DNA from: Geosiphon pyriformis uo1
Lineage: Eukaryota; Fungi; Glomeromycota
DNA: 59,931 nt
Reading direction: 5' to 3'
Assembly: GCA_016748015.1 (NCBI GenBank)
Contig: JAAOMT010000760.1
Span: 925,234-985,164 of the forward strand
Shown: positions 24,176-38,003 of the stretch, piece after piece
Layout: every line of letters begins with the position of its first letter
How positions within the stretch are numbered: position 1 is the stretch's first letter
Position numbers and translations under genes: made by a program
The notes under the pieces: generated by a model
What the model was told of the DNA's origin: nothing
The model's database searches: none
Seen by the model: the letters and a program-made list of their open reading frames with translations, nothing else

Positions 24176-26590
24176 TGTTAATTATAAAAAAGATACAAGA
24201 AAAGATAGAAAAAACAGATCATAAAAAAATAAACCAATAAGAAAATTATAATTAATGAATAAACACATTTTTAAAAATAAGCACATTTTTAAAAAGTAGC
24301 ACAAAAAAAAGTAGAAATGTGTAAAATTTTATATAATACGAATTATGTATATATAGCAAAAGTATTAAAAGCAAAAAAAAACAGAACAGTAATAATTAAT
24401 TAATAGTTAACAAATATTTTTCTTTTTAAAAGATAGTTTTCTATAATTTAAAGTAGAATTATATTTATATCAATAAAAATATCTATTATTATTCAATTTA
24501 TATTATTATTGCTTGATTAAAAAATATTAATTACTTTTATATTATTAACAATTTATTTTAATAAAATTTAATACTTAACTATACTAAACCAATAACTTTT
24601 AATCATGACTATTAACAAGATACTAATTTTTTATTTGATTTTGTTATTTACTAATTGATTAAAAAATTAAACACTGAATAATTAATATCAAAAATAATCT
24701 GGTAAAAAACTTATAAAACAAGAATAGAAAACTTAAGAATAGCTTACTAAAAGAATATGACTGCCAGATTAAACAAGTTATTATGCTAAAAACAGAAATT
24801 GAGAAAAAACCATTACTTGAATTTTTATTTATTATACAAAAGACTTAACCAAAATCTTTAGATACCAAAATCTTCAAAAATTATTATTATGAATAGTTAT
24901 TAAGCATCAAGTTACAGATTTGTTATTTGTTTTAATACTTCAAATAATTATCTGTAATATTTGGTGCTTTCTATAAAATATAATCTAACAAAAAACCAGT
25001 ACCAACATTTATTATTCAAAATAGTGGCAAAATTAGAAATAATAAGAACAAATCACTTGAGATTTACAAAGACTTTATTTCAACATTATCAAATTCATCT
25101 TAAACTAACAAGTAATTATTGGCCAGCAGAATTAGCTTTCAACTTTTATGTTAATAAAAAAATTATATTCTACTTAAAAGACCAAGAAAATTCAGAAACC
25201 ACTTTCAAAAATTTCTACAGTAAATTACTTTAAAGCATTATACTTCCATAAAATTATCTGTTTATTACATTAATCTTATTATCTTTGCAAACAAAGAAAA
25301 AAAAAGTTATAATCCTAGCAAAAACACCAAAAAAATATAACTGCTTATCTGAAAAAAACCAAGAGTTATTTTACTCATTTATATATTATATTATTATAGA
25401 CCCAAAAGCACTATTTAGATAATATTAACAGTTATATCTACATCAAAAATACTATTAGCATGAATACTATTTTAAAGTAATTAAAAAAAAACTAAACTAT
25501 TAAAACCATATAACAATTTATTCAAAAAATTTAAATTGCAATTAACAATTTTATTAAAACTCTAAACATTGCCACTTCAATCAAATTTCGAATTTACTAG
25601 TAATTGGGCAAAAACTGAATCAAAAGAAAAAGAAAACAACAATAAAAAAACAACAATTAAAACCCAATTCCAAATAATTTAAAAGTTTAAACTCAGCAAA
25701 ACCCAAAAAATTCAAACTCTATTCCTATTTTCAACAATAATTTACTTTTAGTTATCTAAATTAATTCTTTTATTATACTAATAGCCATTTTTATTAACCA
25801 CCAATTAATTTATTTTTAGGACAAATAGCATATGCATCAATTTTTAAACTTAAAAAATTTACCAGTAAAAAAAATAACACCTAGGCATAATTAAATAATA
25901 TGATAAAATCTATTGCAGCCAATGAATAAGATAACACTAAAGCTATTTAAATAATTTTCTACTTTTTATAAGATATTACTAATTTGTAGTATTAGAGCCT
26001 AGTCAACAAACCACAAATTTTTAACACATTTCAAGTCGTGTTTCTACAACATTTCAATAATTACAACAGCATTAATTGGTTATTAACTGGTTTTACTACA
26101 ATTAAGCAAAGTAATAACAAAGCAATTATCACTTATTTAGGACATTTCTACAAAGATTTATGCTAAATTCAAGCAATTAATACTGACTATTTTACAATAT
26201 TACAGATTTTAAATCAATTTATTTATAAATTATGTAGCAATTTGTTATAACAAATATGCTCATTATATTTAATTACACTTCAAAGCACAGTTACTTACAC
26301 CAAAAATTTTGAGTTAGCTAAACTCAAAGCCAATTACACCCAAACTGTAAATCTAGTAATAAACAAATTATTTGAGTTAGATACCAAATTAAAACAATTT
26401 GAAAAAACAATCAACCAAAAGATTGAAGAATACTTAACTATTAATTAAACAATTTATCAGTTTTTTCAATATTATAATAATCTAGAAAACTATAATTGTG
26501 GTTCTAATTAATTACATCTATCATTATTAAATCAATTATGGCAACAAAAAACATATATCTGTTATTACCATAATAAATAAAAATAAATAA
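24176..26590 (+). mobile_element. Gypsy family B copy B1 (5' LTR 24176-24959, PBS, gag), interrupted by A2
   Basis: TGTTA...GTAATA, then TTTGGTGC. Gag is homologous to 33356-35080. Confidence 0.85.
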
Positions 26591-29500
26591 CTAATTAATT
26601 AACATGAAATTATCCTTCTAATTTCTAATATTAATTAGTATATATTATTATTATTTTAATTATTACTTATTAGTTAATCAAATTATCAAATATTATCATT
26701 TAATTAATAATCTGATTTGTATTATAGAAATTAAAATAATTAAATTATGCAATATTCTGAACGATTTAATATTCAAAAATTTGTCAAAATTAGTAGAAAT
26801 TGGCTGAAATAATTAATAATTTATAGAAATAACTTGTAGTTTGCTAAAATGTATCTTAAATTTGCCGAAATTATAGCAAAAAGAAAAGTGCAAATTTAAA
26901 AATTAGTACTACAGCAAGTTGTATAAAAAAAAAGTCTTTTTTTTCAAAAAAATATATTTTATTTTAAAAATCTTAATTAGAACAAATCATCTTTTATATA
27001 TTCTTACAAAATCAAATAAAAATTAAATATTCAAAAACCAAATTCTTAATTATTATACTTAAAATTCACAAAACCCAATTAATATTTCGAAATTAATTAA
27101 CTACTAATTTCAATAATCTGTTAGTAACTTTAGGCCTAGATAGAAAATGTTTCTCTTAACAATATTTTATTTCTTTTACATTTTTTTTATTTTTTTTTAT
27201 TTTTCTTATCACAATTTTCAGGGTAGTTTATAGATAAAATTTTTGTAAAAGAGTTAACTTTTATAGCAAAGTAACTAAACATTTTTAGTAAGCTTCCAAA
27301 TAAGCAATTTCTGGAAAAAAGTTGATGTTTACTACAATATAACTATATAAAGTAACTGGCATAGAATTGGCCATTCTACTTATAAATTCAGCAGTTTAAA
27401 TTATAAGAGATTATTTAAAGATAAATTCAATTATTGGAGATCCAATTACTTCTAGAAAACATGAATTCACAGTTAACAAGCATTAAAAACATTCAAAAAA
27501 AAGACCAAAAACTTCTAATAACATTTGGTGCTCTCCTATTAAAATAACATAGCAATAACAACTTCAAAGTGGTAATTATACCAGACACAATAACTCTAAA
27601 GTATTATCAGATTTAACATCCAAAACAGAATCAAAATTCTTAAGAAAACATTATACTAATACATCAAAAATTGTATTAACAATTATCTTTTTGAAAACTA
27701 CAGTATTTTAGAAATCAAAAACCACTTCTATAAAAATCTATTATATTATTCTAACTTGGAAACTGAAGACCTTAACAGTGAAACACTTAACACCTATTTT
27801 TATGAACTCAACTATAATATTATTCAGTATTATAAAAAAAAGTATCCAGTACAGTCCAAATACTCTTTTGATTTTGAATCAGAACCAGAAAACAGCAACA
27901 GTAGAAAACGGAAAAAAAAAACATTTCAAGTTAGCCATACAACTCACAACACACCAAAAACAACTGTCAAATACTTACAAACATCTAAACAAAAAACCAG
28001 TACCAAGTTACTACTTTCTATTACACCATTTCTAATTTCATTTGCTCAATCACAAACTCCCAACTTACTACTTATTCAGTTCTTAAGACTAAAAAATTTT
28101 CAGTCACCTAAAAGTTCTACTCAAAAGCAAAAACCAATATCAACCAGCACCAACTTTTTTGATTCCTTAGAAAAAAACCAAAGTAATTACTCAGAGAACT
28201 TAGAAAGTAAAAAAACCAAATCAGAACAAGAAAAAACTACTGAAAACAAAAAAAAATGACAACTACATACATTGTAAAAATCACTGAATTTATAGGAGAA
28301 GATACTAATACCAGCTCACAAAAATGGCTTAACAAAGTTCAGAAAGCAGTAAATGTAAACAGATAGAATACAACAAATATGTTAAAAGCAATCTCATATT
28401 TTTTTTAAGAAACAGTAGGAGAATAGTTTAAAAATCTGACTGAATCTTTTGAAAACTGGCAAGCATTCAAAAATGCTTTCTTAGAGCAATTTACTAACAA
28501 CAACACCTTTATTACTATCTGAAATTGCTTTTACAATATCAAACAAAAATTATCTAAAACTGTTATAACTTATTTTAAAAAGTTTAACAAACTTTTTAAA
28601 TGTATTCAACAATTAAAAACCAATAACTATTACTTCAATGCTCAGATTTTGGATCAGTTTATTGCAGAATTAAAAGATAAATTAAGTAAGAAAGTTTGTT
28701 TTTATATTTCAGCAGACTTAACTATAGTCATACAGTATGCAAAAAACTATAAAATAACTATAAAAAAGCAAATTAAACAAAACTTGTAAATTTTGCTATA
28801 AAAAAAACCAGCTTAACAACTGAAGAGAAAATTGACCAACTCACAAAAAAGATCAAAAATTATTTCACCAATTAACAACAACAGCAACAACTACAAAAAT
28901 ATTAGCTACTCCAATAACACAATTAAAATAACTATTTCTTATTACTTAAAAATTAATCACAAAGCTGTTACTATTGTAAAATTCTAGAACATTGAAAATA
29001 AGATTGCAGAAAATCACAATAAGACCAATAAAACAGGAATAATCAACATTACTTTTTATTATACCAATTTTATTACCAATTTTTACCATCAACTTATTAC
29101 TCATCAAGACCACAAAATCAAAACAGTTATTATCAATCTGCTTTACAATCTATACAATAGCAATATCAGCAACTTTTACCAATTTAGCAATATCAATTAC
29201 CATCCACTTAACAATATCAAATATCTGTTCGAAAATTGGTTTAACAAAACCAATTCACATCTCAAAATTGTTTTCAGAATAACAATAATAGAATCAACTC
29301 AAACAACCAGTTGGTTCTTCGAAATTCTGGTCAACAAAGATCTAATTACTATCATATTTAACCAAGTTATTTAACCATGCTTAAAGAACAGAATTTTTAA
29401 CAAACTGTACTTTCTGAAAGTAAAGCTGTAGCAATAAGATCAAATTCTTTTAACAATACTATTCTATTAGCTCAAATTGCTCAAAATACTAATCTTTTAA

Positions 29501-29933
29501 ACATATTTTTATTCGAATTTGAAGCCAATAAATTACCATTCTTGCTTAATAATACAGCAGTCAATGAACAAAAAACAATTACAACTATATATACTAAAGC
29601 TAAAGTAGAAAGAAAACAAATTTATTTAACTCTAGACAGTAGATCTGTTAAAAGCATTATCACTTATTAATTGATGCAACAGCTTAGAAAAAATGTTAAC
29701 AGATTAGCTTAAACTGTAATGTTACAGCTAATGACATAAAAAAAATTTTCATAGGAGAAATTGACAACTTTTTATTTATTATTAATGAAATTATTATTTC
29801 AGTTAAAATTTTAGTCATGGATGTATTTCTATATTAAGCTCTTGTCAGAAATAATTGGCTTCTCAAGGCCAATACAAATTTAGATTGAAAAACACAGAAA
29901 TTGAAAATTTCTTATCAAAAACAATATACTTGA

Positions 29934-30726
29934 TATTATGGGAGTGTTTTCTTAGTATATTTTAATTGTTAATCTCCTGTTTTAATTGTAATCAGTCTCT
30001 TATGAGTTTCTCAATTTTATGTATTTGATATTAATGATAATGTACTGAAGGTTTTCTTTTGATGTTGTGATATAAGTCTTTTCTTTAATTCTAATTGTCT
30101 TTGTATGTTGTGTACTTCTTCTTAGAGACTAATCTGAAAATTACCCACTGTTTGGGGTCTTTTCTAAGGCTATCTTTGCAATTGCCTAATGTGTTTCTCT
30201 AATCTAGAAACACGGAATGTTAATGATCTTTTTACAATTTTTCTAAGTATATAATAAAGCTTTTTCAATTAATTAGTAACCATGTGAATAATTTTGATCA
30301 GAAATTATTCTTCTAAAGGGTTCAAAGATAGAATGATAGTTTCATTTGCTAAAAAGGGTATGTGAATTCTATTGTTAATCTTGTAATTTTGATGTTCATT
30401 CAATTTATTATTTTTTATTAATTCTTTTTGAATAAGATTTTATTTAGATATTTGTTGTTTCAAGTTGAAGCTTGTTCAATTCTTCATCATTAAAACTATT
30501 GTATATATATATAATTATTGTTTTACAAAATAACGTCTTGTAATATTCTATTTCCATTATTTCTAAATATTGCTTGCTGTTTTTGCATAATAGTGCTTGC
30601 TGTTATTGCATAGTAGTGTTTGCTGTTATTTGTAAATTATTTTGTTTTATAAATTGTTGCTGTGCTATTTCATGATTGGCTAATTTATATTATTTATAAT
30701 TTTTATTAAATTCTTAAACTGTAATA
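29934..30726 (-). repeat. Solo LTR of a third family (C)
   Basis: 793 bp with ends TATTATG...TGTAATA (decayed TGTTAC..GTAACA) and TSD TTGA/TCGA. Interrupts the A2 protease. Orientation inferred from the order CCAAT, repeats, TATA on the minus strand. Confidence 0.8.
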
Positions 30727-32409
30727 TCGAGTATCTGCTACTTTTAATACTTTCAACAAACAAACAAAAAAAATCTCAGTATTTGAATTTGAAGAAAAAA
30801 AAGAAATACTAATTACCAAAGCCTTTATAGCTCTTGGATTACCATCCAATTAGACTAAAGAAATAGAACAAAAAATTTTTGAAGAAATTAAAAAATAGAA
30901 TATTGTTTGTTACTCTATATCAAACCATAAAAACAACCACCTTATATATTAATCAAATGCAAAGATTGCAACAAAAAACTTTCATCAATGGGAATATATA
31001 TATCTCCAAAAGAAAAATATAAAACTCACACCTACTATATTTGCAAAGCCTGTTATAAAAAACGATTTGAATATCCCAAATAAAGTGGAAAATAGGACAA
31101 CACTTCTTGTTTTACATATGGAAAAATGTTACCAAAAAAATACAACTGGATTAACATTGCAATAAAAGGAAAAGTATGTAACCAAACTTGTTAATATACT
31201 CTATTTATTGCAAAAAAAGTAAAAAAAAGAACTCTATTTGATGCTGCTTACAACAGTGCTCTCAACAAACTTTATTATTATCCACATAATGATAAAATAA
31301 TTTATAAACTAGTCATAGTTTTGATCAATAGAAGAACTCAGAAAAATGTCCACCAAATAAAAAAAGCTAAATACATTAAGTACATGATAGAATAAGCTAG
31401 ACTTAACTATAAAAATAAAGTAAAAACATATTAGCAAATTGCAAGTTATACTTATTTGATCCAAGAAGCTTAAATTCAATAATTAGAGCAAATGAATATT
31501 TAATTATATAAAAAATACATTATGTCTTATAATAAAAAATTGTGTTCCAAATATTATGTTTTTAGTACTTTCTTGCTTAGTAAAAATAATCAAAAGAAAA
31601 TTGTGTTTAGAAAATCAAAACCCAAAGAAAAAATTACAACAACTCTAATCTATCTTACTAAAAATCAACCAGCTCTACAACTTAAATATTTTAACAATAA
31701 TAATCAAAAAATTAAGTCTCTGAAAGTTTAAGAAATTAATATAAGATATAATCTACAATATTTTGGCAAAGATATTTTGGTTCTTCAACCAAAATCTCTT
31801 ACCAAAATCAATCTAAAAATTGCTCTTGAAATTCTATCAAGAACAATGGTACAAATTGCTTTCTAATCATTATTAACAAATAAAAGAATCAATGTTAAAG
31901 AAGGAATTATAGATACAAGATATATAAAAGATATTACCATAATACTACAAAATAAAATTGAGAAATTATTTAGAATAGAACATTACTAAAAAATTTACAC
32001 AAACTATTTATTTACCCTTAATCAACATTTTAGAATTACAATTAGTTAACAACAAAAAACAATTAGAAAAAAGTAAAAAAAGAACTCAAAGTTTTGGTTT
32101 AACTGAACAATTCACAATTCCAGTAAACATAGCTCTTAATACATAAAATAAATCTTACCAGATTTTTTGACTTCTCCAATTAATTACTATTTTACTTTAT
32201 AGAGAACATCATAAAATTTACACTTGCTTAAAACTCATTATTACTCAACAAATCTTTAAATCAAATAAACAAATTTGTTTAAAACACAAAATTTGAATCT
32301 CAAACGTTTATATTCCACAAAAAATAAAAAAATTTTGAGTTACATTCTACAATCTTAACAATTACTTTATTATTTTATTAAATAAATTAGAAATTAGAAT
32401 TATATATAG

Positions 32410-33293
32410 TGTTACTCATAAAAAGAAAAACAAATATAGAAAATAGTAGACCAATGAGAGAGTAGTAGTTAGCACATGAGCACATTGCTCAGCAATATAG
32501 AGCAATGTTAAAAATCATGGCACATTGCTCAGCAATGTGAAACAATATCAGAAAAACATGACACATTGCTCAGCAATATGGAACAATGTTAGAAAATTAG
32601 AACACATTGCTCAGCAATGTGAACATTGTTTAAGAAATCATAGCATATTGCTTGGGAATGTGAGCAATCTTGTAGAACATCAATTATGTATATATAGTAA
32701 TAGCATTAGAAGAAGAAAGAACAGATCTCTCAGTTTAAATTTGATTTAAACAGTCTTCCACATCCCAAATATCAAATAAATAATTATTTACTATCTTAAA
32801 TTCCCTCTCTACTATCAACTCTTTATGTTGATAGTAATTAAAACACACTAAAATAATAGCTCTTGATCATGGCTATTGACAGAATACTAACTTATACCTT
32901 GGCTTATTTCTTTATCTTCTTTATTTCTTTTATTTTTATTTTTTTTATTTTGTTGTATTTACTAATTGATTAAGAATAAAGCACTAAATTATTGATGTCA
33001 CAGATAGCTTGGTAAAAAACCCAAAAATAAGGGTAGAATTATATATATTAACAAATAGCTTACCAAAAAAGCATAACTGCCAGAGTAAATCTGGCCACCA
33101 AGCTAAGAAAGAAATTGGGAAAACAACTTACTAACAATAGTCATATTATCATTAACTCTCTGTTCATTATACAAAAAACTCAACCAAAACCTTCAGATCT
33201 ATAATCCAACAACAACCAATATCAATCAAGACATTGAGCACCAAGTTACATTTTTGTTATTTGATTTGAAACTCCAAATAATCATTTGTAACA
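32410..33293 (+). repeat. 5' LTR of B2
   Basis: TGTTACTC...TGTAACA; direct repeat of 42573-43462. Confidence 0.96.
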
Positions 33294-36200
33294 TTTGGTG
33301 CTCTCTGTGAGATATAATTTTACAAAAAACCAGCACCAACAACAATTATCCAAAAGTGGCAGAATTAGAAATCATAGGAGCAAACCATTTAGGATTTACC
33401 AAATTCTTTTTTCAACAGTATAGCCAACAATTAGGATTAAATAATAATTATTTCCCAGCAGAATCAGCCTTCAACTTTTATGTCAATAATAAAATCACAA
33501 ACTGTTTAGGAGAAACAGTTAACATTGAATCCGCAAGAAAAAATTTCTATGCAGAATTATTTCAACATACTAGCTTACTAAGAAACTACAGTTTTGCACC
33601 TATCATTAGAAAAATTAATCAAATCATCAAAAGATACATTCAACAACAATTCCTCATTACCTATGTAAACAAAAGCAAAGGAAGATTGCAAACACTAGCA
33701 GTAACACCCAAAATACAACCATTCATTTGAAAGAAAACCAGAGTTGAATCACCAACCAATCTATTATACTATTATATACTAGAAAGTGCCATCAATATTT
33801 CTTTAGCAGATGCGTCCACATTAAACATAACATTAACCTTTGGGCAATTTCCATTTTAAAGTAAACAAAGAAGAGCAGAGCTATTAAAACCATATGGCAA
33901 ATATTTTGAAGAGTTTAAATTGCAATTACCAATGACATTAGAATTTTGATTACTATTACCCCAACCAAATTTTGGAACTGCAAGTCCATAGGAAGTAACA
34001 GAATCAGAAAAAGAAAAAAAAAAAAAAAGTAAGAATTAGGAATTTATTTATTAAAACACAATCCTAAAAAATCCAGGAGTTAAGACTCTGAACATTCAAA
34101 CCCAGCAAACTCAAAACAATTCAAATCCTGAAATAATTAATCAGCAAAACTTACCTCCAGTAATCATCATCAATCAGCCACCAATTAAACTGATTCTTGA
34201 ACTAATTCAACAGCAACCACTTTAGCAATTTATTCAACAACCACTTCAACAATCCCAGCAGTCATTTCAACAGTCACAACAATAACTACAACCACCACTA
34301 CAACAACAATAACAAATAGCATACACACCAATCACAAAGCTGGAAAAATTTTCTGGTAAAGAGGATGATGCCCAAGCATGAATTAATGATGTTACCAAAG
34401 TCATCACTGCCAATAACTGGGATGATGCCAGAGCCCTTCAAGCAATCCCCTATTTTTTTTAGGATGCTGCTGACTCATGATATCATAGTCTTATTCAGAA
34501 ACCCCAAATATTTGATGCATTCAAAGTGAAATTTTTAAGATATTTTAGTAATAGCAACAGCATTAATTGGTTGGCCAACACCTTCACTATTATTAAACAG
34601 GGAGATATTGAAGCAGTCACTACTTACTTAGGATGTTTCCATCAAAATCTGCACCAAGTACAAGTTATTGATGCCAATTATTTTACTGCAGCCCAGATCC
34701 TGAATCAGTTTATTTGCAGATTGTGCAGTAGCATTCTGCAATGCATATGTCCAATACACTTACAAACTCTCCAAAATGCAGTTACCAATGCACAAGATTT
34801 TGAAGCTGCTAAATTAGAAGCCAATCACACTCAAGCTGTAAACCTAGTAATGAACAGATTATTTGACTTGGATTCCAAGTTAAAGCAATTCAGTGATTCA
34901 ATCAATCAAAAATTGGAAGAATACTTAGCTAATACCAATCAGGCAATTTATCAACCACCACAATGATGCAGCAATCAAAGAAACTCCAATCACTTCCAAA
35001 ATCAACTGTGTCCAACATCATCAACCAATTAACAGTAACAACAAGAAACACGAACTTACTACTATTGTGGTAAACAAGAACACTTACAAATTGATTGCCA
35101 CCAATGTTTAAATAACCAACAATTGAGAAATCAATATCAAAACCCTGATTGCTGGTTTCAAGCTCCAAATTATCAATCAAACTCAGCTCCATATTAACTG
35201 ACTTACTTACCACTGATGCAGCAACCAATATACCAACCACTTGTATATTAACTGCTAATTTATCAACCACAACCACAAGTTATATATCAACTATAGCCAT
35301 AAGTAATCTATCAACCCCAACAAATTTTAACACTGCTATCAAACTCAGCTCAGATAACATCAGGAAATTCCAGATCAAGGACCACCCAAAACTGGAGATC
35401 AGCAATGGTTGTCTACCAACTGATTCTCAGCTTCTCAAACCAGCCATTAGGATTATGTTAGTGGAGTTTAGGAACTGGGTACACCCAAAATCTGAGTTTT
35501 CAGAATTATTTAAGTTTCCTAGTAGCTTTAAAAGACACCACATCCCATATCTTGGAAACCAAACAAAAGCAACCACTTACTAACAATATCCTGCTAGCAA
35601 CTATTATGGAGGACAAATCACTTACTGCTATCTTCTCTTTTGAACTCAAAGAACTAGTTGAAATGCTGCTATTTAGTAAAGCTGCTCTAGAATCAAAACT
35701 TATTACTGCGATATATACCAATGCTAAATTTGATGGGCAGCACATCAAACTGATCTTAGACAATAGATCAACTAGCAGCATTATAACCAAACAACTCATA
35801 AACCAATTAGGTTACCAAGTTAATTGTGCTGCCAGTGCCCAAATTATCACTGCAGATAACACTACCAAAATTTTTATAAGTAAAATTGATGACTTTTCAT
35901 TTGAAGTCAATGGTATCATTACTTTTATTAAAGTCTTAGTGGTAAAAGCAACTCAGTATTAGGCTCTTGTTGGAAATAACTGGCTGTTGAAAACCAATAC
36001 CATGCTTGACTAAAACACCCAAGAACTACAACTTAGCCAGAACAGCCACCACACATGCGTACTAGCCACTTGTGGTCACTTTAAGACTACTCTCAATGAC
36101 AAGCCACTTATCAAATTAGAAGAAAAAGAAAGAAAACCTACCTGAAAAGCATACCAAGTCTTCTGGACTGACACCAAATACAACAAGCTACTACCAGTAC

Positions 36201-37034
36201 TTTCCTGGGACAACAAAAGGAAAGATAAAGAAGAAGACACAGCAAAAAAAGACACAACCACCAAAGAAATAACTAGTGGCTGGGAAAGATCTTACTCACA
36301 CAAGCCACTAAAACAACTGCCACATATTCTACTTAAATGCCAAAATTGTGGCAAGAAACTTTCTTTCATAGGAGCTTGAATTGTACCCAATAAAGATTAC
36401 TGAACATGAACTCACTATTACTGCAAGCTGTGCCACTGAGAATAATATGGCTATCCAAAATAATAAAGCAAGTAAGACAATGAACCATGTCTCACTTGTG
36501 AGGAGCAATTACTTGATGAAGAAATATGAAATGACATTTCTGGATAAGAGAGAATGTGTAACATTTTGTGTCAATACACAATCCTTATCAACAACTGAGT
36601 AAATTATGAAATGCCTATTACTGCTGCCTGACACTGAGTAATTTCTTACTTGGATGGTTATTTATATAATGAGAACAAGATCTGACAAATGGTAAATGTC
36701 AAAGTTGAAGAAGCCATGCTCAGCAAAATCTTAGAAATTAAGAAAAATCACCCAGAACCAGTCAACATCATTCTTATCTCAAACCCAGATGTATTTCTTG
36801 ACATAAAGACAGACCTTGAGGAGTTTTATGAGCACTACTAAAATTTGGCATCAACAAAAAAAAAGCAGGAACAACACTTAGAAAAAATAAACACCCAATT
36901 ATGTAACCACTGTTTGATCCCATGTAACTTCCAGTATTGTAATAAGTGTAACCTCATTTACAATCCACCATCACACATAATCTACACAATTTCAGAAGAA
37001 GACAAACCAATCAGCTGCTGTACATTGAAATTGG

Positions 37035-38003
37035 TATTACCAGTAGAATTTTAGCTATTAATTAACATGAAATTACTCTTATAAATTTCCATTATTAATT
37101 AGCATATATTATTATTTCAATTATCACTTATTATTAAATCAAATTATCAAATATTATTACTTAATCAATAATCCAATTTGTACTCTAGAAATTAGGATAA
37201 TCAAATTACACAATACCCTGAACCATTTAACATAGTCAAAATTCGCCAAAATTAATAAAAATTGGCCAAAATAATCAATAGTTCAGTAAAATAACTTGTA
37301 GTTCGCCAAAATGTATTTTTAGTTCACCCAAATTGTAGAAAAGAGAAAAATGCAAGTTTAAAGACTAGTATTACAACAAGTTGTATAAAAGAAGAGCTTT
37401 TTTCTTCAAGAAAATGTATCTTCATATAGTATCTTACCATAACATCCTACTTTAGATATCTTAATTAAAACAAATTACCTTTTATACATTTAAATAAAAA
37501 TTAAATATTTGAAAAACAAATTCTTAAAATTATTACACTTGAAATTTTTTCAACACAACTAACATTTTGAAATTGATTAGCTACCAATTTCAATAAACTG
37601 TTAGTAACTCTAGGCCTAAATAGAAAACGTTTCTCTTGATAAAATTCCTATTTCTTTTACATTTCTTTTATTTTTCTTTCTTTCTTATTATAATCATTAA
37701 AGTAGCCTACAGACAAGATTTTTGTAAAAGAGTTGACTTTTACAGCAAAGTAACTACACATTTTTAATGAGCTTCTAAACAAGCAATTCTAGAGAAAGAG
37801 TTGACATTTACTACAATGTAACTACATAAGATAACTGACAAAAAATTGGCCATTCCACTTATAAGCCCAGTAATTTAAATTATAGGAGATAATTTGAAGA
37901 TAAATTCAGTTATTAGAGGTCCAACTACTTTCTGAAAACATGAATTCACAGCAAATCAACACTAACAACATTAAAAAAAAGAGACCAAAAACCTCCAGTA
38001 ACA
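37035..38003 (+). repeat. Solo LTR, family A, inside B2
   Basis: Full-length family A LTR with perfect TSD TTGG (37031-37034 / 38004-38007). B2 coding sequence continues on both sides. Confidence 0.95.

Noticed and set aside
32480-32665. CRISPR-like array
   Set aside because: These are LTR-internal tandem repeats without unique spacers, in a eukaryotic context with no cas genes.
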